A DNA stretch of 63,657 nucleotides, counting the filler, from Basidiobolus ranarum (Eukaryota), in assembly GCA_040143965.1 (NCBI GenBank). It is 50 parts of 50 records of this genome, joined end to end, with 100 filler letters (N's around TTAATTAATTAA, not from the genome) between each part and the next. Parts side by side here need not be neighbours in the genome. Positions count along the whole stretch, not along the records: positions 49,788 to 50,959 come from JASJQH010013026.1; positions 51,060 to 52,230 come from JASJQH010013027.1; positions 52,331 to 53,501 come from JASJQH010013028.1; positions 53,602 to 54,772 come from JASJQH010013029.1; positions 54,873 to 56,042 come from JASJQH010013030.1; positions 56,143 to 57,312 come from JASJQH010013031.1; positions 57,413 to 58,581 come from JASJQH010013032.1; positions 58,682 to 59,850 come from JASJQH010013033.1; 42 more parts are not named here. The stretch is one strand, 5' to 3'. Both the position numbers and the translations under genes were made by a program. Of the stretch, positions 50,101 to 62,644 are shown piece by piece (the stretch's first letter is position 1; the number at the start of each line of letters is the position of its first letter). Under the pieces are notes generated by a model. It saw nothing but the letters and a program-made list of their open reading frames with translations. It ran no database searches and was not told the DNA's origin.

Positions 50101-52359
50101 AGCCAAGTAATTATTTAATAGAATCTTCAATCAAATCTTATCTAGTGGAAGACTATGTAAGCGTTTAGTATGCACTAGTAATGATTGTAAATAAGATAAC
50201 ATGATTTGGTTTATTTATCCAATTCCGATTCTTCTTGCTTCTTTGTCAGCAATAACTATTAGCTTGAACATATATAACGCTCTGCTATATATTCAATTTC
50301 AGCTTTGCTGATGGTAAAATTAGCGTACCAATACGATAGTGTTCTAAGTTTGAGCTCTTGAAGTAATTCTTCCCCAACAAGTCTCATAACATACTAAATG
50401 CAGATGAAACCAAGTTTGACACAGAAACAAAAATTGTTACAGTATTTTTTGTTTCCCTTTTACTAGCAAATATATTCATCAAAACAGCCTCTCTTCAAAG
50501 GAAATGTGTCTGACAGCCTGGCAGATTGTATTCAAGAAAACAATATAGACTGAGGCTGCTCCAAAATATTTGAAATTAAAATTCAAAATTAATGCAACAA
50601 TTATCTGAGACTGCCCATCACTCTGTTTTCCCACTTTGTGCACAATCTGCGAAGCTGTTAGACATATTGTATAGAATAAAGTCTACTTTGGTCCATATAC
50701 TTATTACAATGAACGATATCAATTGTGTTTCCTTCGGATTTATTTCTGATTGAGGCATGTATTTTTCCCAGTATAGAGTATATTATGAAAATGCCAGGAC
50801 AAGAGATCACTCTAGAAATCACTTTCAATGCATGAATTGCTAAAACAACATCTTTATTATTTATGCAAAGTTTTAATTTTTATAGTTAAAGTATGGTATT
50901 TGGATATATTCGACACTGCATGGAACGTTGAGCGTTAACCGTAGCTAATTATATTCTATNNNNNNNNNNNNNNNNNNNNNNNNNNNNNNNNNNNNNNNNN
51001 NNNTTAATTAATTAANNNNNNNNNNNNNNNNNNNNNNNNNNNNNNNNNNNNNNNNNNNNTATAATATATGTTCTGATTTTCAGCTGAGTGATATTTGACT
51101 AAGTAATGTTAACTTACTTATATATGATATATGCAATAGTTGGGTGTATAATGACAGAGATAAAAAATATGATAAAGACAATAAACTTCTACAATTATGA
51201 TGGTAAGTGAATGGTCAATCTCAAATGTATTAAAATTGTGATGGTTTTCCCACAATACCAATCCTCAAATTATGGTTAGGGTCCAGTGTTGACTATGCAG
51301 ATATCCAGGAGGAACTTAATACAGAGTGGAACAATATTGCAGGGCATGCACCAGATAGCTGGAAGAATGTTGATAGAGCAACACTAATACAATGGTGGGC
51401 TTTGATGGTGATATTGATACAAACTTGTGTTGGATATGAGCTAAACGTTGGGTATGAAGAACTCTATGCGAATGTTAAGGACAATATATCAAAGACACTA
51501 GGGATTTTCAGGGTGGCAAATTAGCATTCAAACATTGAATATGTAAAATTTGAGTTATGATCTTCCTACATGAGTTGATTCATAGTTCTCTGAGATTGAA
51601 GCCAATCCTGTGCGACTACTTTGGAAGAGCTTGAAATCTCACTCTTGAAACTGAAAAAATTGATTAAAAACAAATCTGACATGACAATCTTATGATGTTA
51701 AGTAATTCGACAATCCCAAATGGATTAAAATTGTAACAGTTTTCTTTTAATAACAATGCTCAAATTTCTGTTAGGGGGAAGGAAACATCATTTGGTCAAG
51801 TGGGCCACATCCAGGGTGACACCAGGACAAAAGGCTTTGGGTAGAGAACCATGCCCTAACAAAAATAAAATTGATTTGATCTGGATCAGATCCACCCTCC
51901 AAAATAGCAAAACCATCAGAGAACCATCACAATATTGTTGGCTTGCATTCTGCCAGGGATTTTGATGATGTGACAATGGTTTCTTGCCGGTATCTTAATG
52001 GTATTCATACATATTAAAATATTGATCCTCAAATTTGGCATGTGTTATTCAATATCCAGCAATATTTGCAAAAATATAATTTTTGAATGGCAAATTACTG
52101 GGTTTACTGCTGTAGGAATTTGAATTAATATGCATGCCTTTATTGAGATATTTTAGGCTTTGTATTCCAGCCATAATGAGAATCAAAAAATACAAGAATC
52201 TTGTTGTGTTTAGTCTCTACATATGCACATNNNNNNNNNNNNNNNNNNNNNNNNNNNNNNNNNNNNNNNNNNNNTTAATTAATTAANNNNNNNNNNNNNN
52301 NNNNNNNNNNNNNNNNNNNNNNNNNNNNNNCTCAAACACCCACCAATAGTAATAAAAAC

Positions 52360-53501
52360 ATGGATGACAAATCCGTATTAAATTCTATGCTAATATTCGG
52401 AAAATCACTCGGAAAATGTGCCGAATTAGAACTGCGCATGGACGGAACCATTATTACCGAATATGGCATCAACAAAATTAAATGCGCCCTGGGTCCCGAT
52501 GATTGGAAACATATTACATACACAGAAAAACAAATTAAACCTACCCGAACCAGCGGCGAATACTACTACCGAAAAATAGACAACGAACAACCCGTCTGCA
52601 AATCTACCCTCAAACGCAAAAAAATTCTCGGAGATTGGTATACTTTAGTCCTAAGCTCAGAAGTTAACGTCTCTTACGATATTAAAATTAACTCCTTCTC
52701 TATCAAACCTATCCAAAAACAACGCTGGTCAAAAACCTTCGATGACTTCAGAATAGATATCACCGAAATCCCCGACAATAATACCCTCTTGAGATTCGTC
52801 GAATTGGAAATATTATCTTTTGACAAACTTAATATACAAACCCTCTTCGACACCGCCCAACTCTGTATACTTTGCACGTTAGACGACAAAACATTCGTCC
52901 CCAAAACTCTCCGAACTCTCCTCGCCAAACAATCTAACATCGTTATTAAAAAATTTAAACTAAACAAACCCGTCACCCTCACCAAAACTAACCTCCCAGA
53001 TCTAGTCTTATCCAAAAAACATTACATGATGTCCGCAAAAATAGACGGAGAAAGACTCCTGTTGACCCTCATCGGAGGATACCTCTGCACCCTCAAACCA
53101 AACATGGACCGTGACTGTTTCTGCAACGTCCTAACCCATATCACTGAACACTCACAACGCAAACCAATCGCCCTAGACATAGAAAAAATTAACCCCGATA
53201 AATACTTTATCCTAGATATACTCACCTACAACGGAAAAAATTTAACCAAACATAAACTACCCGATCGACTCTCTTACATTAAAACTTTCCTATCCAACAT
53301 CCAACCCTACTTAACACATCCAACCCTCTTCGAATCTAAACCCTACCTACCCATGACCGTCTTCCCAACCTTATCCATGTTTAAAAAATACGAACACATT
53401 ATGGACGGCATCGTATTTACCCACAACAAACATTACCACAACAAAATCTACAAATGGAAACATATCGGCACCACCGTCGATCTAGAATGGAATCCTCTTA
53501 C
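52360..53501 (+). CDS. Virus/cytoplasmic-plasmid-type mRNA capping enzyme: TTM RNA triphosphatase fused to guanylyltransferase (3'-partial, possibly 5'-partial)
   Basis: Triphosphatase motifs ELELR, FRIDITE, VELEI. Guanylyltransferase motifs in canonical order: I KIDG(ER), III ALDIE, IIIa YFILDIL, IV DGIVF, V YKWK, then TVD. Uninterrupted and intronless. Confidence 0.85.
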
Positions 53502-53601
53502 NNNNNNNNNNNNNNNNNNNNNNNNNNNNNNNNNNNNNNNNNNNNTTAATTAATTAANNNNNNNNNNNNNNNNNNNNNNNNNNNNNNNNNNNNNNNNNNN
53601 N

Positions 53602-54772
53602 TCAAAAAGAAGGAGCTAGCAAAGGCGAAGATTAATTGGATCTTATTCATACAGACTTATGTGGCCCAATGCAAACTGTGACACCAAGTAAGCAACAATA
53701 TTTACTCATCTTTATTGATGATAAATCTCACTTCACAGTTTCATATCTTCTGTCAAGCAAAGTAAAAGTGTTTCAATATTTCAAGATATATGAAGTAATG
53801 GTCACAACCTTAACAGGAAGAAAAATCAAGTACCTATGCAGTGATAATGGAACCAAATTTAGCAATGAAGCCATGACTAGCTTTTGTCAAGAAAAGGGAA
53901 TTCAGCAGCAATTTACTATGTTATATAGTGCAGCACAAAATGGAGTTGCAGAAAGGATGAATAGGACTGTAGCAGAGAAAGCATGTACAATGCTGATTGA
54001 TTCATATCTGCCCCAGACCTATTGGGGTGAAGCTATTTTAACAGCTACATTTCTCCAAAATAGAAGTCCAACACATAGCAACCATGACTCTAGATATCGT
54101 ACTGAAATCTGGACTGGAAACAAGCCTAATCTGAATCACCTCAGAATTTTTGGATCAATAGTATATGCTCATATTCCTAAACCTCAGCATAGGAAATTGG
54201 ACAAAAAGGCAATTAAATGTATCCTACTAGGATATCAGAACAAAGGCTACCATCTCCTAATTGCTGGCACAAATCAAATCATCAACTCCAGAGATACTGT
54301 ATTCATTGAAGAAAATCTTGAATTCTTCTAATCAAGGGAATATGATTTTGGCTGAAAATCAATTTCTCAATAACTCAAATTGTGAGTTAACAAGTTCTGA
54401 AACTAATCTTGAGCTAATGAGCACTGAAACCAACTTGGAAAATGACATATTGGAAATAGATACTGGAATTAGGCCAAATTTGGAATCTGAAACTATCTAT
54501 CATCATTATCCAAATTTAGAAAATATTACATCTGGGACAAGGTCTCAAACATCAATCACCAATGAATATATGACAAAGCTCAAATCATTACCAATCCCTG
54601 GGGTGCATATTCCTAGCAGAAAACCAACAAGCAATAATCCTGTCTCAAACTTCACTACAAGTACTGAAACCAAGGAGAACAAACTATTATATGATATTCT
54701 GGGGTCAAGCAGCTGCACAAGTAGTGAAACATTAGGCAGCACTGGAAATGCACCAATTTATACCAGAAAACC
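53602..54772 (+). mobile_element. Ty1/copia integrase and linker
   Basis: IHTDLCGP, FIDD, SDNG, QNGVAERMNRT, KLDKKAIKCILLGY. Confidence 0.93.
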
Positions 54773-55524
54773 NNNNNNNNNNNNNNNNNNNNNNNNNNNN
54801 NNNNNNNNNNNNNNNNTTAATTAATTAANNNNNNNNNNNNNNNNNNNNNNNNNNNNNNNNNNNNNNNNNNNNAATCAATTTTATCCAGAAAAGATCTACC
54901 CCTGTGGATTGCAAAACCATCAGAGAACCATCACATTAATGGTGGCTTGCATTCTATCAGGAATTTGGATGGTGAGAAAGTAGCTTCCTGACAGTATTTT
55001 TCATGATATTCATACATGGTAAAATATTGATCCTTATGTTTGGCATGCATTATTTAATTTCAATCAATTTTTGCAACAAACCAATTTTTGTATGGCAAAT
55101 TAGTAGGTTTACTGCTGGAGGAATTTGAATTAATATTTGTACCTTAATTTAGATATTTTGGGCTTTGTATTCCAGCTATAATGAGGATCAAAAAATACTA
55201 CAATCTTGTTGTGTTTAGTCTCTACATATGCACATACTTGACTGATCAGACATAACTCAACAACATCACTATGTTTTACAAGGAAACTAATGGTGGAGAA
55301 ATTGCTAAACATCTGAAATTTTGAATAGCACTAACACTTTGCAAATAGCTACTCTTGTTACCATACAAAATGCAAATAAGCTCTTGGAATTTGGCATATT
55401 TCTCTAAAGAATTCACCCAAAACATCCCTGACTTGCAGTTAACAAATGTCATGCCTCAATTGATGTGTCATTACTTGTAAAGATTATCCCAGGGTTGAAA
55501 TGATAATACTGCATATTTTGATCT

Positions 55525-56042
55525 ATATCACCAAGCAGTCTGTCTTGTAGCTTTCCTGTAATGTCTGAGAATGTGTGAAAAGTATTTAGATTGAATCAGA
55601 GTAATAGATTGGCTCAATATATCTGTTTGGATCTGCAGACCTAAAAAATACATAAGTTCACCTAAATTGGTTATCTTGAATTGGACTGATAGATCTCTTT
55701 TGGTGTTCCTGAGAGTTTCATCATTGTTGGTAGCTATAGCCAGATCATCTACATATAAGGCAAGTATCACCATACTGGCCTTACCTGTCTTAAAGTAGAT
55801 CCCTAAATCCACTCTACTCTTTTGGAAATTAAGCAATTCCAAGTATATGTCTATCTTAGTATATCAGGCCCTGGGTGATTGTTTAAGTCCATAAAGTGTT
55901 TTTGAAGCTTACACATGTCTTCAGGATGCTAAGGATCCACAAAACCATCTGGTTGATCCATGAATATATCCTCTTCCAAGTCCCCATTCAAAAAAGCAGT
56001 TTTAACATCCATTTGATGGATTTTTAAGCTGTGTTTTGCTGC
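55525..56042 (-). mobile_element. Ty1/copia RT fragment
   Basis: [17 protein letters not shown]. Confidence 0.88.
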
Positions 56043-56342
56043 NNNNNNNNNNNNNNNNNNNNNNNNNNNNNNNNNNNNNNNNNNNNTTAATTAATTAANN
56101 NNNNNNNNNNNNNNNNNNNNNNNNNNNNNNNNNNNNNNNNNNGAGATCAAGTACAATATCTAATTTATCAGTAGTTTTGTACCAGATAGCAGTCAGTTGA
56201 ACTATGCTTAATATCAAGCTAGCATTAGCATCCATAGCTAACCAATTCAGGAGTGGGGGCGCCCCAAGTAAATGGTCAATCCCAAATAGATTAAAATTGT
56301 GATGGTTTTCCTACAATAACAATCCTCAAATTTCTGTTAGGG

Positions 56343-57312
56343 ATCTAGCAGAGCTGAATATATGTTGGACTTTTAAACCCACACAACAACCCAAAATTGC
56401 TTGGAAACATGAAAGTAGAAATCTGATAGGAAAACTAGCAAACCAAAAGACTCCAAATGTCAGAGCTGCCATCCCTTGTTCTGATGATGTGTAGTTTAAC
56501 ATTTTGGAAACTGTGCAGAATCTTGCCCAAAATCACCTCAATTTGAGCCAATTGTGGAAAAACTTAAAATCAAGCATTACTCTTAAGGTTGTTGACTTAC
56601 TTCTTGTGGCTTATGCTGTGTTTTTGCATGCAAATGGTAATTGGGCTAGTATAGGCCTATTCATGAAAAATCTCAACAATGTATGCAATTATTGACTTGG
56701 AAAAGAAAGAACAGCAACTAAAGAAGTACTTAAGGAGCAGGAAGCTAGAAAGCCCAAGGGAAAAGCAAAGGAGCTAGTGAGCTTAGACTCTACTGTCCCA
56801 CTTACCAAATCTTGCACACCATTACAAGGAAATGCATTTCCAGAGTCAGATATACTGGCAAAAAAGCTTAATTTCACCATTGAACCAGGTACACCAGTTG
56901 GAAGAGTGCTAAATTTGAAAGTTTATCCAACACCTGGCCACCCTCAACAAGCCAAAACACCAGCAAATAGAACTCACAGCTCTCCAACATTAACTAGTAC
57001 TTTTCAAAGTGTTGAAATTAGCCCCAAAGTTAAAGGCAAGCAAAAAGCCACACAAACACTGCAAAGCACCCTCAGTAGTGTCACATTACAAGGATGTAGG
57101 AAAACAGTAAAAGTGCTTGAGGAGTATGTTCAAAAGTATGAAGGGAAAACCACAGTGCAAGAATGCAGAAAGTGGCTTCAGAAGAAGAACATTTGGCTTG
57201 ACATTCAGTCTGGTGTTGACTATGCAGATATCTGGGAAGAACTTAATACAGAGTGGCCCAATATTGCGGGGTATTCACCAGATAGCTTGAAGAATGTTGA
57301 TTCAGCAGCATT
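56343..57312 (+). pseudogene. CMC transposon ORF2, central/C-terminal part
   Basis: Homolog of 14290-15262; preceded by a nested terminus B (56275-56342). Confidence 0.7.
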
Positions 57313-57412
57313 NNNNNNNNNNNNNNNNNNNNNNNNNNNNNNNNNNNNNNNNNNNNTTAATTAATTAANNNNNNNNNNNNNNNNNNNNNNNNNNNNNNNN
57401 NNNNNNNNNNNN

Positions 57413-58034
57413 TTGTAATCGATCCTGTTGGGATCCATCCCTAAGAACTCCATGGTCCAGTAGTTGCCACGAGGATCGAACCCGGCCCCAGCATGCGTAA
57501 AGGAAGGTGTAAGGATATTACGACGATGAACTAATAGCAAAAGTGAGAAATTAGTCCAAATTCCTACAATAACACACTACCACAATATATGAAGCTGTGA
57601 AGACGAAAAACTAAGCGGAACATACCTTCCGAGTGCATCCACTTATATACTACTGATTCTTCAGTCTGATCACCAGCTGCAACATTCTCCGCTCTGGTGC
57701 GATAGTTGTATCCACGGGATCTGGCTACATCTCCCATATCTGGTCGATCCGAGCGACGGTGGGTCATCTGACGGCGATTGGCTTGACTCTGGGAGTGGTG
57801 CTGTGCATCTTCACTAAGATCTCTGTTGGAGCCAAGAGTAGGAGAGTTTTAGACATTGAAAAAGCACAAATATTACCAAACAAGCACCAACCCGTTCAAT
57901 ATCAAAGGCCTCAGTCCACGGGACACTCGTTCGCGATTAATCAAGCAAATCAATCGAGGCCCGGAGAAGGCTGTTACGATGGTTGTGAAGGTGCAAGTAT
58001 AGACGAGGCTGGCGAGGATGCTGGTAAATTTCAT
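57413..58034 (-). CDS. Secreted CAP/SCP-domain protein with two introns (3'-partial)
   Basis: ATG at 58034 with signal-like MKFTSILASLVY…; LINRERVSRGL, AENVAAG, WMHSEVHRRNIL, YWTMEF. In-frame GT-AG introns 57891-57823 and 57625-57531. Confidence 0.9.
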
Positions 58035-58681
58035 TCGATCTTATTGACTGTGATGTTCTCAGTATTTGTTGAGTGTTTGTTGTTGACACAGATATGTGTT
58101 TCTTTGCTTGTTATTTTCTGGAACGCACACTTGGCTATTTATACTAGATCCTCGTATGTTCCTCAGGTCATGCATGAAGATGAAGCCACAACTGTGAATA
58201 CTGCATTAGCTCTCCGATCCTACTGACTGCCTGATTTCACATCTTCAATTGAACGTAACATTGTCTATCCCCATTAGTCTATCATTCATGAGGTTACAAT
58301 GTAGTCTAGATTTAGAGATACTAACTGCCTCTTCATGTAGGGCTCATATAGTTCAATTCATAAGGCTACGCTCCATTTGTTACGATAATTCACGTAGAAC
58401 ATTTGCCAATATAAAAATGAAAACAATCAATATTACTTAAAAAGCACACTAAAACTTCATCATCTGCTCTTTTGTAGCGTATGTTGTAACTTTACTGGAT
58501 ATTATATACAGGATACCACAATGTATATAGCATGTCGTGAAAATCTCTTAGAGCGACTGTCTTCTAAACGCAGGTGAAGAANNNNNNNNNNNNNNNNNNN
58601 NNNNNNNNNNNNNNNNNNNNNNNNNTTAATTAATTAANNNNNNNNNNNNNNNNNNNNNNNNNNNNNNNNNNNNNNNNNNNN

Positions 58682-59850
58682 AGATGGCACTTTCGACGGA
58701 TCAATAAATGAAGCAACTGTTGGAGTCAGTACTAGGGAGGTTATATCCATCGTGTTGATAATTTCCTCTAGATTCGTGCGCAAGTCCTCCTCGGAAGCCA
58801 TTGCAACACAAGCTCCAGATGTAAGTGTGCCAAATATATCCATAATCGAAACATCGAAGGTATAGTTGGTGAATTGTAAAACTGAGTCATGAGCAGTGAG
58901 ATTAATCACATTACTGAAGGCGTGAATGAAATTCAGTACTGCCGAATGTTCTACCATTACACCTTTGGGAACACCAGTAGATCCAGATGTATACATCACA
59001 TAACACAAGTTCGAAGCAGTAAGTTTGCTTATCATTGGATTTTCCTTGTCTTTTTGTTGAATGGTTTTATCATCAATATCAAGAAGAACCAATTGCTGAT
59101 TGCCAAATCTTTTCTTGTATTGATTGAGTGTTACCACCACTTGGGCCTTCGTCTCATCAATGATGAAAAGGTTTCGTTCCACTGGATTGTTTGGATCAAG
59201 TGGAACATAAGCTCCTCCTGCTTTGAGGACCGCAAGCATTGCAACTATCATGGATATCGACTTATCGAGACACAAAGGCACCATCGACTCAGGACGGACA
59301 CCAAGCTCGATCAAATGGTGAGCTAATCGGTTAGCCCTTCTATTGAGTTCGCCGTAGGTGACATATTCTGAAGTCTCAAACTGCACCGCTATATTTTCTG
59401 GGTAAAGATTTGCCTGTGTCTCAAATGTATGATGAAGACATATATTTGCCATTATAGCGCTAGGATATGATTTTGCAGAATAGTCAAAATCATATTGTTT
59501 TGGACTCAAATCTACGCACATATTCTTTAGTTTCGTGTCCGTTGTCGTACTCACTAAGCCTTCAAAGAGAAATTTGAAGAAACCAGATAATATCTCCGCA
59601 TGGAATGGTGAAATTAATTGTTTGCTGAATGCCAAGCTATATGATAGTGCAAGCTCATTAGCTGTCACAAATAATCCCAACGAATACTGTGGTCACAAAT
59701 TAAGAATTAGTTCATATGAATCATCGTAATACTGAATATAAGAATTGTAAATATTTCAAAATACCTCTGATGCTTCGTTGCCACCTATTTGTTTAAGCTC
59801 TAAATGGTTGTCGCAGCTTTCAAATGGTTTAACGGTGGACTTGTTACTCC
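58682..59850 (-). CDS. Non-ribosomal peptide synthetase fragment (probable C-domain end plus adenylation domain), one intron
   Basis: A1 TYGELN, A2 LKAGGAYVPLDP, A3 YVMYTSGSTGVPKG, A4 FDVS. GT-AG intron 59764-59687 keeps the frame. Confidence 0.92.
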
Positions 59851-59950
59851 NNNNNNNNNNNNNNNNNNNNNNNNNNNNNNNNNNNNNNNNNNNNTTAATT
59901 AATTAANNNNNNNNNNNNNNNNNNNNNNNNNNNNNNNNNNNNNNNNNNNN

Positions 59951-60297
59951 GAGGTGGTTTCATTTCCTAAATTGGTACCAGAAGTTGTAGTGCCAATTTC
60001 CCATCTTTGGAGATCCAATCAGATGAGATCTCCACCTGATTACTACTCTCATACTAGCCAAAAGGAGCCTAGTGCTTATTTAGCCTATTCTGATGAACCC
60101 AAATCGGTGCAGGAGTCTATAGAGAGTCCCAACACAAAGTTTTGGAGTGCTACAATGGAAGAGCAGTATCAGTCACTGATAGATAACCAAATTTGGACTT
60201 GGCTTTAGTTACCTGATGACCAAAAATCAATTGGATGCAAATGGATGTTTAAAGTTAAATAGCAAGCTGATGAATCTGTAGAAAGATACAAAGCCAG
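59951..60297 (+). mobile_element. Ty1/copia RT N-terminus, interrupted by LTR family A
   Basis: EPKS..E, W…MEEQYQSL..NQIW, IGCKWMFKVK, RYKA. Confidence 0.85.
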
Positions 60298-61281
60298 TGT
60301 AGTTGTTTTGGGGTGTAAGCAGCAACTATAACTGCAATATCCTAAGGGTTTTGTGAGATGTCCAAAGGGTGCAACAACCACGGTTGAATAACTCTGGGAT
60401 GTACTGTAATATGGGTCTGTCTCTTGCCTCTTGGGTCTTTGTGAAAGGGAAACAAGCCTCTAGAAATGTCTAAGGACTGATAAACCACAATGCAATGTCT
60501 AGCTTTCTGTTGAATAATATGCTGGTGTCTGACAAATGAATATACTGGCTTCAGCATCCTTTGAGAATGATCAGATAAAAAGGGTATATCCAATCAAAAA
60601 CTACTGTAAACTCAGCCAGCAGGGTCTTGAACAAGGATGCACTGGTAGTGATTTATCCAAGGATATGAAAAAGTTCCTTGCCTATTCAGACAAAGCTAGG
60701 GAAAAAATATAAAGTATCAGAAATATAACACCTACCTGTCAGTACTACCTTTGAGCTGGTCAAGTGCTTTCTAGTCACACAGTAGCCTGTAACTGCCTCT
60801 AGTAGTCTCTCATGAGCTTCCTCTTCAAAGGTCTTGTAAGCAGTGGTGAAAATAAGGGGAGTTCACAAATAGTAATTGTTAGTTGAAAACCAGGATGATT
60901 TTGATTTGAAAAGATATGGCTCCTATTTATACTTTTCTGGTGGTAGATATGATTGCTAATGAGAATTTCCGGAGAGTTCCAGAGAATTCTATTGGTGGGG
61001 ATCTGGGGTTTGTTGAAGTTTATTGTCTTTATCATATATGTTATCCCTATCTTTATACACCTAACTATTTCATATATCACATATTAGTTAGTCAACATTA
61101 TTTAGTCAAATATCACTTANNNNNNNNNNNNNNNNNNNNNNNNNNNNNNNNNNNNNNNNNNNNTTAATTAATTAANNNNNNNNNNNNNNNNNNNNNNNNN
61201 NNNNNNNNNNNNNNNNNNNTCATCACATTTATATAAAAATCACTTCATTTGGCTCCAGCAACTCCAATAAAACTCATATTG

Positions 61282-61611
61282 CATTCTATTTTAGTGAAAG
61301 CAGGTTGCGTATGAGTGTAATACTTTATTGGTAAGTGAGATACATGTGTATTTTTCCGGTCAAAGAACTCATGGAAACTCCAACACCCCATTTTACAGAC
61401 TCTATATGTCTTTCATCTAAAATTATTTGCCTCTCGCTCCGGAAGCTCTGATGTGATTCATTCTATTTTGTTGAAAACCGGTTGAGTATAAGTGCAATAT
61501 TCCATTAGTGAGTGGGATACATGTGTAGCTTTCTGATAAAGAACTTATGGAATCTCCAACACCCCATTATACAGATTCTTTCTATCTTCCATCTGAAACT
61601 ATGTGCCTCAC
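61282..61611. repeat. Two diverged ~177-bp direct repeats
   Basis: CATTCTATTTT…CTCCAACACCCCATT…TGCCTC at 61282 and 61459. Confidence 0.7.
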
Positions 61612-62644
61612 TGGGTCATAACTAGTAATTGGCTTGAGAATTACATAGTCAATAACTTACTGATGCTGGATAGACTAGTGTTCGAGATTATACGTATGGA
61701 GTAGCCACAGATGAAACGTGGCCCTGATTATTCCTAATTTAAGTAAGTGTTGCTTTTCATTTTCTTGTTTCTCCTTGTTATTGAGCAATCTTAATATCGA
61801 GGAATATACTGGCAGTCCCATGCCAAGGAGTGTAAGTAAATCAGAGTAGAAGCAAGCATCTCGAAGTGTTTAAGTGAGATACCGTCGAAAATTAATTCGA
61901 AATCGATTAATGCTAATATCCATCAGCTTAGGATGAGGATTCAGCTCGCAAATGTGAGCACCCTTCTACATATGCTTGCTAGGATTTGATTGCCTTAAGA
62001 AGCTTAGCTCCATGTATGATCCATTTCATGTTACGGAAAACAGGATTGAAATTTCATGTGGAATATTTCTAGTATCTGGTTACTTCAAAAGGCCATAAAT
62101 GCGGAAGTATATCTTGGGGCAGATATATGAAATCCCCTGTTGATGATGAATGAACTAGAGGTAAGTATTTGGAATACAGCTAGAATTGATAACAAAAATA
62201 AATCCAAGTCCTGGGTATTTTTATATATATATATACGTGTAATTAATAGTAGATATTTTTTCTTTTATTTATAATAATGTGTCCTCAAATAATAGTACTT
62301 TAAGCTTGTATATTGCATGGATTATGTTTAATTGTAGGAGTTTTGTTAATACCAACATGATCTAGGAAGACGTAGATTTTTCTAATACNNNNNNNNNNNN
62401 NNNNNNNNNNNNNNNNNNNNNNNNNNNNNNNNTTAATTAATTAANNNNNNNNNNNNNNNNNNNNNNNNNNNNNNNNNNNNNNNNNNNNACAAAACTATAA
62501 ATGTCAACTTTCTACTCAATAAATCAATAAGTGAAAACCACCAATTCCTCTAATTCTCCAAACCACTTCCAACAGGCTCCCAAATACTTTAACAATAACT
62601 AAAGTTAACTATGATGTTGAATAAAGATTAATTATCCAACAATA

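Noticed and set aside
50200-50520. Possible gene relic on minus (YVMRLVGEELLQELKLRTLSYW)
   Set aside because: Short and broken, and I cannot assign it to a family without a search.
51854-54772. Capping enzyme captured by the neighbouring CMC or copia elements
   Set aside because: Separated by linkers on size-sorted contigs, so there is no evidence of physical linkage.
57759-58226. 155-aa plus-strand ORF
   Set aside because: Antisense to the spliced CAP gene, with no recognisable motifs.
1183-62488. Regularly spaced TTAATTAATTAA as a CRISPR-like array or biological repeat
   Set aside because: Always centred in N runs of a fixed 100-bp block; it is a synthetic six-frame-stop linker.
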